Assembly (NCBI GenBank): GCA_037142195.1 | Contig: JBAXBA010000001.1 | Span: 178,345-242,344 of the forward strand | Reading direction: 5' to 3' | DNA from: Pseudomonadota bacterium | GTDB lineage: Bacteria; Bdellovibrionota_B; Oligoflexia; Oligoflexales; CAIMVM01 | DNA length: 64,000 nucleotides | Shown here: piece by piece, positions 12,235-22,803 of the stretch | How the letters are laid out: each line of letters opens with the position of its first letter | How positions within the stretch are numbered: the first letter of the stretch is position 1 | The notes under the pieces: generated by a model | What the model was told of the DNA's origin: nothing | The model's database searches: none | What the model saw: only the letters and a program-made list of their open reading frames with translations | Position numbers and translations under genes: made by a program

Positions 12235-13110
12235 ATGAAGAAACGTCTTATCGTCATAGCGGGCCGATCGGGATCTGGGCTGTCGACAGCCGTAAAGAAC
12301 CTCGAAGACCGCGGGTATTACGCCATAGATAATCTTCCTATCGACCTTATTTTTGCAACCGCAGATCTTTTGCAAAATGGCGATTATAAAGACTATCCAG
12401 GATTTGCCTTTGGAGTTCATGTAAGAAAGACTCTAAGCGCATCTGACATTGAACGTAGTACAGCCAAACTGAGAGAAGCTTTCGAGTTTGATTTGGTTTT
12501 CTTGGAGGCAACTTCTGAAGTTATCACTCACCGTTATGGCGCAAGTCGTCGCCCCCATCCGCTGAGTAAAAAAAGCTTTGATTTAGCCGAATGTATTGCC
12601 CTTGAGGCGGAACACTTGGGCCCGCTTAAAGAGGCTGCCGACGTGGTTTTTGACACGTCAGATCTATCGCCCTATGTTTTGGCGAAACTGTTAGAGGTTA
12701 GATATTCTCACACAACAGAAAAGCGCAACTTGTTGGTTCTTATTCAAAGTTTCGGATTTAAACATGGGACCTTGGAGCCAGCAGAAGCTATATTTGACGT
12801 TCGTTTCTTACCGAACCCTTTTTTTGTAAAAGAGCTGTCCCATAAGCCGGGAACCGATTTAGAGGTCAAGAATTGGTTAAAAAGCGACCCCAGGTTTTCA
12901 GAGACCTTGTCGCGCCTCAAAGATTGGCACCAATGGATATTGCCCCACTTTTTAGAAGATGGCCGAACCTATTACCGAATCGGCATCGGTTGCACGGGGG
13001 GGCGACATCGTAGCGTGGCGATGGCCTCAGCCTTGTTTGAAACACTTACTGCGGAAGCTTCTAGCCAAATCCACTTTACACTTCAGCATCGTGACATCTT
13101 AAAGCCATAG
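12235..13110 (+). CDS. rapZ: RNase adapter RapZ / YvcJ P-loop protein
   Basis: GRSGSG, IDNLP, RRPHPL, SFGFKHG, FDVRFLPNPF, GCTGGRHRSV; the Walker A Lys appears replaced by Leu (GSGLS). Confidence 0.9.
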   Translation: MKKRLIVIAGRSGSGLSTAVKNLEDRGYYAIDNLPIDLIFATADLLQNGDYKDYPGFAFGVHVRKTLSASDIERSTAKLREAFEFDLVFLEATSEVITHRYGASRRPHPLSKKSFDLAECIALEAEHLGPLKEAADVVFDTSDLSPYVLAKLLEVRYSHTTEKRNLLVLIQSFGFKHGTLEPAEAIFDVRFLPNPFFVKELSHKPGTDLEVKNWLKSDPRFSETLSRLKDWHQWILPHFLEDGRTYYRIGIGCTGGRHRSVAMASALFETLTAEASSQIHFTLQHRDILKP

Positions 13111-13155
13111 GGCTTTTTGATCCGCCAGGATATGCATTTGACTTGGCTGGCCGAT

Positions 13156-13230
13156 CTATATTGCTGCGCTGGGGCTATATTGCTGCGCTGGGGCTATATT
13201 GATGCGCTGGGGCTATATTGCTGCGCCGGG
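13156..13230. repeat. Tandem repeat, 4 x 19 bp (CTATATTGCTGCGCTGGGG)
   Basis: Units start at 13156, 13175, 13194 (1 mismatch) and 13213 (degenerate, 18 bp); intergenic between rapZ and gcvP. Confidence 0.95.
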
Positions 13231-13419
13231 CTGCGGCGCAGGGCTGGCCTCTAATGTCGACTAGGCCCGGCCTCCTAACGAAGTAAGCAGTGAATCTCTA
13301 ACCGCCCACCATTTAGGCAGCGTCTCCGGATCCCGTCTTTTTACGACAGAAAGAATTGATTCCATGGAAAAAAGGCCCAATTTATCCTAATCTTCGTGGA
13401 CTGAAGAATAGGAAAGCTT

Positions 13420-16287
13420 ATGCAAAATATACAAGAATCTTTAAACTCTAAAATGACGTTTTCTAATAGGCATATTGGACCTAATGACAACGAGCAAAAG
13501 CAAATGCTCGATGTTTTAGGAATCGAAAGTTTAGATGCGTTGGCAAGAAAAACCATTCCCGAAAATATTCAGAAATTTTCTCCCATGGGACTTGGCAAGG
13601 GTCTTTCCGAATTTGAAGCCCTTAATGAGCTTCGCCAGAAGGCTAGAAAAAACAAGATATTTAAATCTTGGATTGGATGCGGTTATAGAAATGTAATTAC
13701 ACCGTCGCCCATTTCCCGAAACATTTTTGAGAATCCTGGTTGGTATACTCAATATACTCCCTATCAGGCGGAAATATCTCAAGGCCGTTTAGAAGCGCTT
13801 CTCAATTACCAGACGATGATTTGTGATCTTACGGGACTTGCCGTGGCGAATGCGTCTTTGCTCGACGAAGGCACGGCTGCCGCTGAAGCGATGGTGATGA
13901 TGTCAAATCTAAAAAATAAAGACCAGTCGCGATTTTTTTTAGTAGACAGTCAGTGCCATCCTCAAACGATTGAAGTTGTAAAAACTCGAGCTAAGGCTCT
14001 TAAGATATCTATAATCGTAGCAGATCCAGCTAAATTTGTTTTCGAATCTCCAGTTTTTGGCGCCTTGATTCAGTATCCAGCTACCCATGGGGAGGTTTCG
14101 GACTGGACTGATTTTATTGAAAAAGCACACTCCAAGGACGCCTTAGTAGCCTTGGCAGGTGATGTTATGTCTCTGGTTCTTCTTAAGTCTCCAGGTGCCA
14201 TGGGAGCAGATATTGCTTTAGGTACGTCCCAAAACTTTGGCGTGCCTATTGGTTTTGGTGGGCCTCATGCGGCTTATTTTGCCACCAAAAAAGAATATTT
14301 GCGCGGCATGCCAGGAAGAATTGTCGGCGTTTCTTTAAATCGCGAAGGAAAGAAGGCCTACCGTCTTTCTCTTCAAACAAGGGAGCAACATATTCGCCGC
14401 GAGAAGGCGACTTCCAATATTTGCACGGCTCAGGCCCTTTTGGCATCTATGGCCTCCATGTATGCGGTTTATCACGGCCCAGAAGGGTTGAAGCAGATTG
14501 CGAATAAAATTCATGCCGCGACCGAGCTTTGGGCATTTGCTATGCGAGCAGCTGGTTTTCAGATTCTAAATACCAATTTTTTTGATACGGTTTCCGTAAG
14601 GCTTTCTCCGTCACGTCTCATTGAGGTTCAAAGTGAAGCCAAAAAGCAGTCGATCAACTTGCGTTTTGTGGACCATGAGACACTCGCGGTTTCGTTTGAT
14701 GAGTCCACCAAGATAAGCGATCTAGAGGATCTTCTTTCTCTGTTCGACAAGATGATAAAGCTCCAAGATTTTATGTCCCGAGCGCCTAGCCTAGACAAGA
14801 ATCTTTTACGTCAGGACCCCGTTTTAACACATCCTGTTTTTAATCAATACCATTCTGAAACAGAGCTTTTGAGATATATCAAACGCCTAGAGTCAAGAGA
14901 CCTCTCCCTCACCCACTCGATGATTCCTTTGGGCTCATGTACGATGAAGTTAAATGCAGCCAGCGAGCTTTATCCGGTTAGTTGGCCAGAGTTTTCTAGT
15001 CTGCATCCTGGTGTCCCAATAGATCAAAGTGAAGGTTATTTGGAGATGCTTTCTGAGCTAGAAGAGATGCTTTGTAAGGTTACTGGCTTTGATGCCGTAT
15101 CTCTTCAGCCCAATTCTGGTGCCCAGGGGGAATATGCGGGCCTTCTCGTGATTATGAAATACCATGAAAGCCGCAAGGAATCGTTTCGAAACATCTGCTT
15201 AATCCCTTCTTCTGCACATGGAACCAATCCCGCTTCTGCAGCTCTTGCGGGTATGAAAGTTGTGGTCACGAAGTGTGATGCCGACGGCAATGTGGACCTT
15301 CAGGATTTGAAGGCAAAAGTGGAAGAACATCGCGCCCATCTTGCGGCACTCATGGTGACCTACCCGTCTACTCACGGGGTTTTTGAAGAAGAAATTAGAG
15401 ATATTTGTAAGGTAGTTCATGATGGTGGTGGGCTAGTTTATATGGATGGTGCGAACCTAAATGCCCAGCTTGGACTTTGCAAAGGGGGAGAATTTGGGCC
15501 TGATGTTTGTCATATGAACTTGCATAAAACCTTTTGTATTCCCCATGGGGGAGGCGGACCGGGCATGGGGCCGATTGCCGTTACATCTCGACTTAAAGAC
15601 TTTCTTCCCCAACACACTTTTGCCGAAACGGGCGGACAAGATGCCATAGGCCCCGTTTCCAGCGCTCCTTGGGGCTCTGCGTCTATACTTCCCATATCTT
15701 GGATGTATATTCGCATGATGGGAGATGAGGGTCTAAAGAAGGCCACTCAAGTGGCGATTCTCAATGCAAATTACATGGCGCATCGACTTGATCCTTATTT
15801 TCCGGTCCTTTATCGCGGTAAGTCGGGCCTTGTGGCTCACGAGTGCATTGTGGACCTGCGACAGTTTAAAGCGACAACGGGCATCGAGGTTGAAGACGTA
15901 GCGAAAAGACTTATGGATTATGGATTTCATGCGCCAACGGTGTCTTTTCCGGTTCCCGGAACCCTCATGATTGAGCCGACAGAGTCTGAGAATAAGATTC
16001 AATTGGATCGATTTATAGATGCCATGATCGGTATTAGGAAAGAAATCGATGGCATTTCGTCTGGCAAGTTTACCAAAGAATCAAACCCCCTTAAAAATGC
16101 CCCTCATACCGCAGGAGCGGTCACAGCATCGGCTTGGGATTATGCCTATTCTAGAGAGGAGGCCGCCTTTCCGGCTCCTTGGATACGCGAAGCAAAATTC
16201 TGGCCGTTTACGTCGCGAATTGATGGCGCTTATGGGGATCGAAATCCAGTATGTACCTGCCCTCCCCTTGAGTCCTATGAGGAATAG
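13420..16287 (+). CDS. gcvP: Glycine dehydrogenase (decarboxylating), single-chain P protein
   Basis: YTPYQAEISQGRLE, TREQHIRREKATSNICTAQAL, MIPLGSCTMKLN, NLHKTF (PLP Lys). Confidence 0.99.
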   Translation: MQNIQESLNSKMTFSNRHIGPNDNEQKQMLDVLGIESLDALARKTIPENIQKFSPMGLGKGLSEFEALNELRQKARKNKIFKSWIGCGYRNVITPSPISRNIFENPGWYTQYTPYQAEISQGRLEALLNYQTMICDLTGLAVANASLLDEGTAAAEAMVMMSNLKNKDQSRFFLVDSQCHPQTIEVVKTRAKALKISIIVADPAKFVFESPVFGALIQYPATHGEVSDWTDFIEKAHSKDALVALAGDVMSLVLLKSPGAMGADIALGTSQNFGVPIGFGGPHAAYFATKKEYLRGMPGRIVGVSLNREGKKAYRLSLQTREQHIRREKATSNICTAQALLASMASMYAVYHGPEGLKQIANKIHAATELWAFAMRAAGFQILNTNFFDTVSVRLSPSRLIEVQSEAKKQSINLRFVDHETLAVSFDESTKISDLEDLLSLFDKMIKLQDFMSRAPSLDKNLLRQDPVLTHPVFNQYHSETELLRYIKRLESRDLSLTHSMIPLGSCTMKLNAASELYPVSWPEFSSLHPGVPIDQSEGYLEMLSELEEMLCKVTGFDAVSLQPNSGAQGEYAGLLVIMKYHESRKESFRNICLIPSSAHGTNPASAALAGMKVVVTKCDADGNVDLQDLKAKVEEHRAHLAALMVTYPSTHGVFEEEIRDICKVVHDGGGLVYMDGANLNAQLGLCKGGEFGPDVCHMNLHKTFCIPHGGGGPGMGPIAVTSRLKDFLPQHTFAETGGQDAIGPVSSAPWGSASILPISWMYIRMMGDEGLKKATQVAILNANYMAHRLDPYFPVLYRGKSGLVAHECIVDLRQFKATTGIEVEDVAKRLMDYGFHAPTVSFPVPGTLMIEPTESENKIQLDRFIDAMIGIRKEIDGISSGKFTKESNPLKNAPHTAGAVTASAWDYAYSREEAAFPAPWIREAKFWPFTSRIDGAYGDRNPVCTCPPLESYEE

Positions 16288-16400
16288 GCCAGAGGGAGGC
16301 TTTGAGCCAAATTTATAGTTGAGCCTAAGCGCGGTATTTTATTTACTCGCCTGCTCAGATGCTCGGGACGCCCCAAATAGCCGCGAGTTCAGGAGTCGAA

Positions 16401-17186
16401 ATGAATTTTGGATTGCAGAACAAAAGAGTGCTCGTTTGCGGAGGAAGCGGTGGGATCGGCTTTGCCGTGGCCAAGGTTTTTAGGGAAGAAGGCGCTCACG
16501 TCACGATTTTTTCTCGAAATGAAGGGAAAATAAAGGAAGCCTTGAGCGCCCTAGGTCAGGATCCGTTAAAAACCGACTATTTGGTCGCAGACTTTTCTAA
16601 CCCTTCTGAAGTGGAAAAAACGCTTTCCCAGTATTTGTCGAATCACCCAGGATTTGACATTCTCGTGAACAATACGGGCGGTCCGCCGCCGGGACCTGCG
16701 GCCATGGCCGATGTGGAGGAGTTTCAGGCCGCTTTTTCTCAACACCTGATTTGCAATCATATCATTACAAAAAAACTCATTCCCCACATGTCTCAACAAA
16801 AGTTTGGGCGAGTTATCAACATCATTTCCACATCGGTGAAACAGCCTCTGGAAAATCTTGGTGTCTCTAATACGGTACGAGGAGCAGTGGCGAATTGGGC
16901 TAAAACTCTAGCCAATGAATTAGGTCCGGTCGGAATCACGGTAAACAATGTTCTCCCAGGCGCCACAGAAACAGGCCGACTGAGTCAAATATTGGAACGC
17001 AAGGCTAAAGCCAAGGCGATGTCTGTGGAAGAGTGGGCCCATTTCGAAAAAAGCCATATTCCCCTGCGTCGATTTGGCCGACCAGAGGACATTGCTAATG
17101 CAGTCGTTTTTTTGGCAAGCGAAGCCGCATCTTATATTACCGGCACCAATCTTACAGTCGACGGGGGGCGGACGTCGTCACTGTAA
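16401..17186 (+). CDS. Atypical SDR-family oxidoreductase heading the kynurenine cluster
   Basis: GGSGGIG Rossmann motif, NNTGGP, TVNNVLPG, VDGG; YxxxK position reads SNTVR; AGGAG RBS before ATG 16401. Confidence 0.9.
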   Translation: MNFGLQNKRVLVCGGSGGIGFAVAKVFREEGAHVTIFSRNEGKIKEALSALGQDPLKTDYLVADFSNPSEVEKTLSQYLSNHPGFDILVNNTGGPPPGPAAMADVEEFQAAFSQHLICNHIITKKLIPHMSQQKFGRVINIISTSVKQPLENLGVSNTVRGAVANWAKTLANELGPVGITVNNVLPGATETGRLSQILERKAKAKAMSVEEWAHFEKSHIPLRRFGRPEDIANAVVFLASEAASYITGTNLTVDGGRTSSL

Positions 17187-17248
17187 ACATTTTGCTCGCG
17201 AGCTTTTTCACAAAGTCTCGGTAGGGCGGCTTCCATAAAGAGGACTCG

Positions 17249-18691
17249 ATGATTGCTATTAAAAACTATATTTCTGGATGTTTTGTCGAGCCAAAGACCG
17301 GGAACTATTTAGAAGTTATCAATCCAGCGACAGAAAAAATCATCGCTCGGGCACCTGATAGTGGTCCCGAGGACGCAGACGCTGCAGTTCAAGCGGCTCA
17401 AGAGGCTTTTGACGGTTGGGCTAAAACACCGACAGAAACAAGAGCAAAAATTCTTCACAATATTGCAAATCTTATCGATTTACATCGAGAGGAGCTCGCT
17501 AAACTAGAAGCGCTTGACAGCGGTAAGCCCTATTCCTTGGCCTATGAAAAAGAAATTCCAAGGGCCGCGCAAAACTTTAGGTATTTTGCTTCGGCGATTT
17601 CTACGGGACAAAGCGAATGTTTTCCTATGGGAGAACAGGGTTTTAATTATGTGTTAAGGCCCGCACTGGGACCTGTGGTCTGTATTTCTCCGTGGAATTT
17701 GCCACTCTATTTGTTTTCTTGGAAGATAGCCCCCGCACTTGCAGCAGGGTGCACTGTCATTGGTAAACCATCCGAACTGACCCCCTTAACGGCGTTTAAA
17801 CTTTCTGAAATTTGTAAGGAGGCAGGGCTGCCGCCTGGCGTACTCAACATAGTTCACGGCTATGGTGCCAAAATAGGCGAAGCCCTCACCCGAAACCCGG
17901 CAGTTAAAGCGATTTCTTTTACTGGGGGTACAGAGACAGGCAAAAAAATAATGGGGGGAATACGGGATAAATTTCTGCCTGTGAGTTTAGAACTTGGCGG
18001 AAAAAATCCAGCTCTCGTATTTAAAGACTGTGATTTAGAACTTACAGTAAACGAGTTGATTCGCGCTTCGTTTACGAATTCTGGGCAAATATGCCTTTGC
18101 GCAAGTCGACTCTACATTGAAGAGCCGATTTACGAGGCGTTCAAAAGGCTCTTCTTAGCAAAAGCAAAAATGCTTTCTGTAGGCGATCCTTTTCAGACAG
18201 AAACAGCCCTTGGGCCTTTAATCAGTAGGGAACATCGACTTAAAGTTAAAGGCTTTGTCGATCGGGCCGAGCAAAACCAATGTTCCCTACTTTTAGACGG
18301 GCGAAGCAAGATGTCCCACATGCAGGGCCAGGGTTTCTATTTTGGCCCTACGATTATTGAGGGAGCAGCGCTAGAAGATCCCATAAACCAGCAGGAAATT
18401 TTTGGACCGGTAGTCACTCTTGCTTCTTTTAAAGATTTTGATGAGGCGATTAGGTATGCTAATGGCACCCCCTATGGACTAAGCGCCACGGTCTGGACCA
18501 AAGATTTAAGTACCGCTCACAAGGTGGCCTACCAGCTCGATGTCGGGATTGTATGGATTAACTCTTGGATGGTCAGAGATCTTCGCACTCCTTTTGGAGG
18601 CATGAAGGCCTCCGGACTTGGCCGCGAAGGCGGCAATGAGGCCTTAAAATTTTTCACAGAAACTAAAAACGTTTTTGCAACTTTTCCATAA
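17249..18691 (+). CDS. 2-aminomuconate semialdehyde dehydrogenase (ALDH8/HMSD-like)
   Basis: ISPWNLPL, FTGGT, LELGGKN, GQICLC, EIFGPV, RDLRTPFGGMK typical of muconic-semialdehyde ALDHs; cluster context. Confidence 0.88.
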   Translation: MIAIKNYISGCFVEPKTGNYLEVINPATEKIIARAPDSGPEDADAAVQAAQEAFDGWAKTPTETRAKILHNIANLIDLHREELAKLEALDSGKPYSLAYEKEIPRAAQNFRYFASAISTGQSECFPMGEQGFNYVLRPALGPVVCISPWNLPLYLFSWKIAPALAAGCTVIGKPSELTPLTAFKLSEICKEAGLPPGVLNIVHGYGAKIGEALTRNPAVKAISFTGGTETGKKIMGGIRDKFLPVSLELGGKNPALVFKDCDLELTVNELIRASFTNSGQICLCASRLYIEEPIYEAFKRLFLAKAKMLSVGDPFQTETALGPLISREHRLKVKGFVDRAEQNQCSLLLDGRSKMSHMQGQGFYFGPTIIEGAALEDPINQQEIFGPVVTLASFKDFDEAIRYANGTPYGLSATVWTKDLSTAHKVAYQLDVGIVWINSWMVRDLRTPFGGMKASGLGREGGNEALKFFTETKNVFATFP

Positions 18692-18723
18692 TCGCAGCAA
18701 ATCAAGAGACAAAGAGGGTTCCA

Positions 18724-19161
18724 TTGGAAACTAAAGTAGACAAAATTATCGATTCGTTAAAAGCCCCCGAGCCCGTGGGACTGTATCCCCATGCCCGCAA
18801 AGTGGGAGGGCTTTTGTTTTTGTCGGGAGTGGGACCTAGAGAAAGGGGAAGTAAACAGATTCCAGGAGTCACTCTTGGAGATGACGGATCTATCCTTTCT
18901 TATTGCATAGAAACACAGTGCCGTAGTGTTTTTTCAAACGTCCGTTTGATATTGGAGGAAGCCGGATCGAGTTGGAATGAACTCGTGGATGTAACTGTTT
19001 TTCTGACCAATATGAAAAACGATTTTCCTATTTATAATCGAGTTTATGCAGAATTCTTTAAAGACGCCCTCCCCTGCAGAACCACGGTCGAAGTAAACGC
19101 CCTCCCTACCCCCATTGCCATTGAACTCAAATGCATTGCGACCATTAAGGAAGGCAAATGA
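18724..19161 (+). CDS. RidA/YjgF-family protein, probable 2-aminomuconate deaminase
   Basis: APEPVGLYPHAR, LSGVGPR, PCRTTVEV, LPTPIAIELK; sits between AMSDH and HAO. Confidence 0.85.
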   Translation: METKVDKIIDSLKAPEPVGLYPHARKVGGLLFLSGVGPRERGSKQIPGVTLGDDGSILSYCIETQCRSVFSNVRLILEEAGSSWNELVDVTVFLTNMKNDFPIYNRVYAEFFKDALPCRTTVEVNALPTPIAIELKCIATIKEGK

Positions 19162-19213
19162 ACCCCGTATTTGATACTACGAAAAATCAAACCTTTCTTG
19201 GGAGCGAAAGCCT

Positions 19214-19741
19214 ATGATGCCACCCATTCATTTTCAAAAATGGGCAGAAGAAAACCGAGATCTTTTGCGACCGCCCGTTGGCAACAAGATGTTGTTCAAA
19301 GAAAATGGCTTTATTGTCATGGCGGTTGGCGGACCCAATTCCCGCACAGATTTCCACTATAACGAAGGTCCTGAGTTTTTCTATCAAGTAAAAGGAAAGC
19401 TAATACTTAGGATTTGTGAGAACGATAAAATCTCAGATGTAGTGGTAAATGAGGGCGAAGTGTTTCTTCTTCCCCCCAAAACCCCCCATAGCCCCCAACG
19501 GGAAAAAGACTCTGTAGGACTCGTTTTAGAGCGGTCACGCCTGGAAAATGAGCGCGACGGCTTGCTTTGGTATTGTGAATCTTGCAGCTTTCTACTTTAT
19601 GAGAACTATTTTAAATTAAATAATATTGAAACCGATTTCCCCCCTGTTTTTGACGCATTTTACGCAAGTATCGAACACAGAACGTGCCGAAAATGTGGAA
19701 CGATTCACCCGAGTTCAAAAAAGAGATCCGATGAAAATTGA
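19214..19741 (+). CDS. nbaC: 3-hydroxyanthranilate 3,4-dioxygenase
   Basis: LRPPVGNK, VGGPNSRTDFHYNEGPEFFYQ, PHSPQR, rubredoxin-like CESC/CRKC. Confidence 0.96.
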   Translation: MMPPIHFQKWAEENRDLLRPPVGNKMLFKENGFIVMAVGGPNSRTDFHYNEGPEFFYQVKGKLILRICENDKISDVVVNEGEVFLLPPKTPHSPQREKDSVGLVLERSRLENERDGLLWYCESCSFLLYENYFKLNNIETDFPPVFDAFYASIEHRTCRKCGTIHPSSKKRSDEN

Positions 19742-20750
19742 CATTCATGCCCATGTGTTGCCTCGCGATCTTCCTGACTTTAATCGAGAGTTCGATGAAG
19801 GTGGATTTATTTCATTAGAAAAGTATACCGATACCTACGGCGAAGAAAAAGTCAGGATGATGAAAGAGGGAAAACTTTTTCGTGAGGTTTCTAAAAACTG
19901 CTATGATTCGAAAGCAAGGCTCTCTGATTTAGAAAAAGCCAACGTTGACGTTCAGGTTTTATCTACAGTTCCGGTCATGTTTCACTATTGGGCTAAAGAT
20001 GAACATGCCTTGGAAACCTCCAAGTTTCTAAATGATGATCTTGCTAAAGTGGTTTCAGAGTACCCGAAACGCTTTTTAGGTTTAAGTACTGTTCCCCTTC
20101 AAAATCCCAAGATGGCGGCGAGAGAGTTAGAGAGATGCACCAAAAAGCTAGGTCTGTCAGGCGTGCAAATTGGATCCCACATTGGTGAGGTGAATCTGGA
20201 TCACGAGTCCCTGTTTCCTTTCTATGAAGCGGCTCAGGATCTAGGGGCCGCCATCATGGTTCACCCTTGGGACATGATGGGTAAAGAAACCATGAAAGAC
20301 TATTGGCTTCCCTGGCTTGTAGGCATGCCAGCAGAAACCACGAGGGCGATGTGCTCCATGATATTTGGTGGTATTTTTGATAAATTTCCGAGACTCAAGG
20401 TATTGTTTGCTCATGGTGGCGGCGCTTTTGCTCATACCATAGGAAGGATTGAGCATGGATTTCATGTCAGACCGGATCTGTGCCAGATTCGCACAAAAAG
20501 AAGTCCTAGAGACTATTTAGGCTCTTTTTACGTGGACTCCATAACCCACGATCCCAAAGCACTCATGACAAATATAGAGCTTTTTGGTCTAAGCTCCATC
20601 GCTCTAGGCTCAGATTATCCCTTCCCTCTGGGGGAGGCGCAAGCTGGCAGGATGATTGAAAGTATGAAATTTTCGCCCGACCACAGAGAAAGACTTTTAT
20701 GTGGCACGGCCTTAGAGTGGCTTTCTCGATCAAAAGAGGAATTTATTTGA
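19731..20750 (+). CDS. nbaD: 2-amino-3-carboxymuconate-6-semialdehyde decarboxylase (ACMSD)
   Basis: IDIHAH, LSTVPVMF, VHPWDM, PWLVGMPAET, AHGGG, LGSDYPFPLGE; ATG 19731 overlaps the end of HAO. Confidence 0.94.
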   Translation: MKIDIHAHVLPRDLPDFNREFDEGGFISLEKYTDTYGEEKVRMMKEGKLFREVSKNCYDSKARLSDLEKANVDVQVLSTVPVMFHYWAKDEHALETSKFLNDDLAKVVSEYPKRFLGLSTVPLQNPKMAARELERCTKKLGLSGVQIGSHIGEVNLDHESLFPFYEAAQDLGAAIMVHPWDMMGKETMKDYWLPWLVGMPAETTRAMCSMIFGGIFDKFPRLKVLFAHGGGAFAHTIGRIEHGFHVRPDLCQIRTKRSPRDYLGSFYVDSITHDPKALMTNIELFGLSSIALGSDYPFPLGEAQAGRMIESMKFSPDHRERLLCGTALEWLSRSKEEFI

Positions 20751-21532
20751 TGGATATTATCGGAGTGGTTGGGGGTAGATCTTTTAAACTTCTTTATCCA
20801 GGTATAGAGATATCGATTCTTCAGTCTTTTAACGAGGATCAGCCAGGGCATTTTGGAGCTCAAAACGCGAGGGCTAAGCCCTTAAAGGTCGAAGGATTTA
20901 CGGGCAATACAGACGAAGGTGGTTCTTGTAATGTCTATGAACTTTCCATGATTCCCCATTGTAATGGAACCCATACGGAAACGCTGGAACATATAGAGAA
21001 GCAAGCTGTTTTTCCATTTCAGTGCTTAAATCAGCCTTTTTATCCTGGACGAGTTGTTACGATACCTCTTACCTCAGATCTTGAACTCGAAACCTATCAA
21101 GGCCATCAGGCGGGAGATGTTGTCGTAACCAAAAAAAATCTGTTAAAGGCAGGACACTGGTACTCGGGATTCATCGAAGGCGGCGCCGTTGTGATTCGAA
21201 CCAGTCCCAATCTGGAATCAAAGAAGACAGCGAAGTGGGACATCACCCAGCCAGCGCCATTTTTTACCGAGGAAGCTCTGCAGTTTCTAGGTGAATTGCC
21301 ATTTAAACATTTGATCGTCGATTTTCCATCCTTGGATCGCACTCACGATGAAGGGCGACTTAAGAATCACCGAGAGTTTTTTAAAGATAGATCACGAACG
21401 GTAAGTGAAATGGCCTATGTGCCAGATAGCGCTAAGGATGGAAATTATTTTATTTCCCTTCAAGTGCCTTTGTTGTCCTTAGATGCTGTGCCATCAAGGC
21501 TTGTATTGTATCATGCAAAGGAGATCATTTGA
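20750..21532 (+). CDS. Cyclase-family metallohydrolase, probable kynurenine formamidase (KynB-type)
   Basis: PHCNGTHTE (variant of HxGTHxD), IVDFPSLDR, DAVPSR; translationally coupled within the cluster. Confidence 0.75.
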   Translation: MDIIGVVGGRSFKLLYPGIEISILQSFNEDQPGHFGAQNARAKPLKVEGFTGNTDEGGSCNVYELSMIPHCNGTHTETLEHIEKQAVFPFQCLNQPFYPGRVVTIPLTSDLELETYQGHQAGDVVVTKKNLLKAGHWYSGFIEGGAVVIRTSPNLESKKTAKWDITQPAPFFTEEALQFLGELPFKHLIVDFPSLDRTHDEGRLKNHREFFKDRSRTVSEMAYVPDSAKDGNYFISLQVPLLSLDAVPSRLVLYHAKEII

Positions 21533-22803
21533 GTCAGAACCTAATGGGTCGAGCTAAGACATTAGACAAAAACGATTCTTTGAGCCACTTCAGAGAAAGA
21601 TTTTTTATTCCACCCCATGACGATGGGAGTGAAAGCATATACCTATGCGGAAATTCCCTTGGGCTTCAGCCAAAACACACTTCGGATCTTTTGGCGGAAG
21701 AAATGCAAAAATGGCGAGAATTTGGGGTAAAGGGCCACTTTTTAGGAAAAAGGCCCTGGATGCCTTTTCACAAAGAGTTGACCCATGACCTTGCGGATCT
21801 GGTGGGGGCCCTACCCAGCGAAGTCGTCGCCATGAATTCGCTTACGGTGAACCTTCATCTTCTCATGATCAGTTTTTATAGACCGACAAAGAACAGGTTT
21901 AAGATTCTTTTAGAAGACAAAGCCTTTCCATCAGACCATTTTGCCATTGAGTCTCAAATTCGCCTTCACGGCAATGATCCTGAAGCAGGAATGATTATGA
22001 TCAAGCCTGAAGAGGGTGAAAACTTGCTCAGAATAGAAAAAATCTGGGAAGCCATTGAGACCCACAAAGACTCCTTGGCGCTGATATTATTGCCAGGAGT
22101 TCAGTATTATACAGGCCAGCTATTTCCGGTCGCTCAAATTACGGAAAGAGCTCGCAAGTATGGGATCACAGTAGGATTTGATTTGGCGCATGCGACGGGA
22201 AATGTACCCCTTCACCTTCATAGAGATGGAGTTGATTTCGCAGTGTGGTGTCACTACAAATATTTAAATTCAGGACCAGGCGCCACGGGCGGGGCTTTTG
22301 TTCACGAAAGGCATCACCAAGATAAAAACCTACCACGGCTCACCGGGTGGTGGGGACACAATCAAGACACAAGATTTAAAATGGAAACGAGCTTTGATCC
22401 CATGAAGTCGGTGGAAGCTTGGCAGCTGTCTAACCCACCGATTCATTCCCTTATTTGTATCAGGGCTTCGTTAGACCTTTTTAGAGAGGCCGGTGGTATG
22501 GAGCCCTTAAGAAAGAAATCATTGGCATTAACTGGTTTTTTAGCGGAGCTTTTAAGGGAAAGACTCGCAGACAAAATAACCCTAATCACCCCATCGGAAC
22601 CGAGTGAGAGGGGGTCGCAGTTGTCCCTTCAGATTCGGCCCGGTAAAAAATTGCCAAAACAGGTATTTGAAGATCTTGAAAGCCGTGGAATCGTTTGCGA
22701 CTGGCGCTATCCCAATGTGATACGAGTAGCTCCTGTGCCGCTTTACAATTCGTTTCTTGATGTAGCAAATTTTATTGAGCGCTTGGAAGAGGTGACAAAG
22801 TGA
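21529..22803 (+). CDS. kynU: Kynureninase (eukaryote-like type)
   Basis: YLCGNSLGLQP, MNSLTVNLH, AFPSD, DLAHATGN, WCHYKYLNSGPG, GWWGH, RVAPVPLYN. Confidence 0.97.
   Translation: MSQNLMGRAKTLDKNDSLSHFRERFFIPPHDDGSESIYLCGNSLGLQPKHTSDLLAEEMQKWREFGVKGHFLGKRPWMPFHKELTHDLADLVGALPSEVVAMNSLTVNLHLLMISFYRPTKNRFKILLEDKAFPSDHFAIESQIRLHGNDPEAGMIMIKPEEGENLLRIEKIWEAIETHKDSLALILLPGVQYYTGQLFPVAQITERARKYGITVGFDLAHATGNVPLHLHRDGVDFAVWCHYKYLNSGPGATGGAFVHERHHQDKNLPRLTGWWGHNQDTRFKMETSFDPMKSVEAWQLSNPPIHSLICIRASLDLFREAGGMEPLRKKSLALTGFLAELLRERLADKITLITPSEPSERGSQLSLQIRPGKKLPKQVFEDLESRGIVCDWRYPNVIRVAPVPLYNSFLDVANFIERLEEVTK

Noticed and set aside
13156..13230. CRISPR array
   Set aside because: Repeats are contiguous with no spacers, and there are no cas genes in the window.
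13231..13419. Glycine riboswitch upstream of gcvP (also checked 27890-28010 before gcvT)
   Set aside because: The conserved GGAGA...CCGAAG...CTCTCAGG aptamer elements are not recognisable in either leader.
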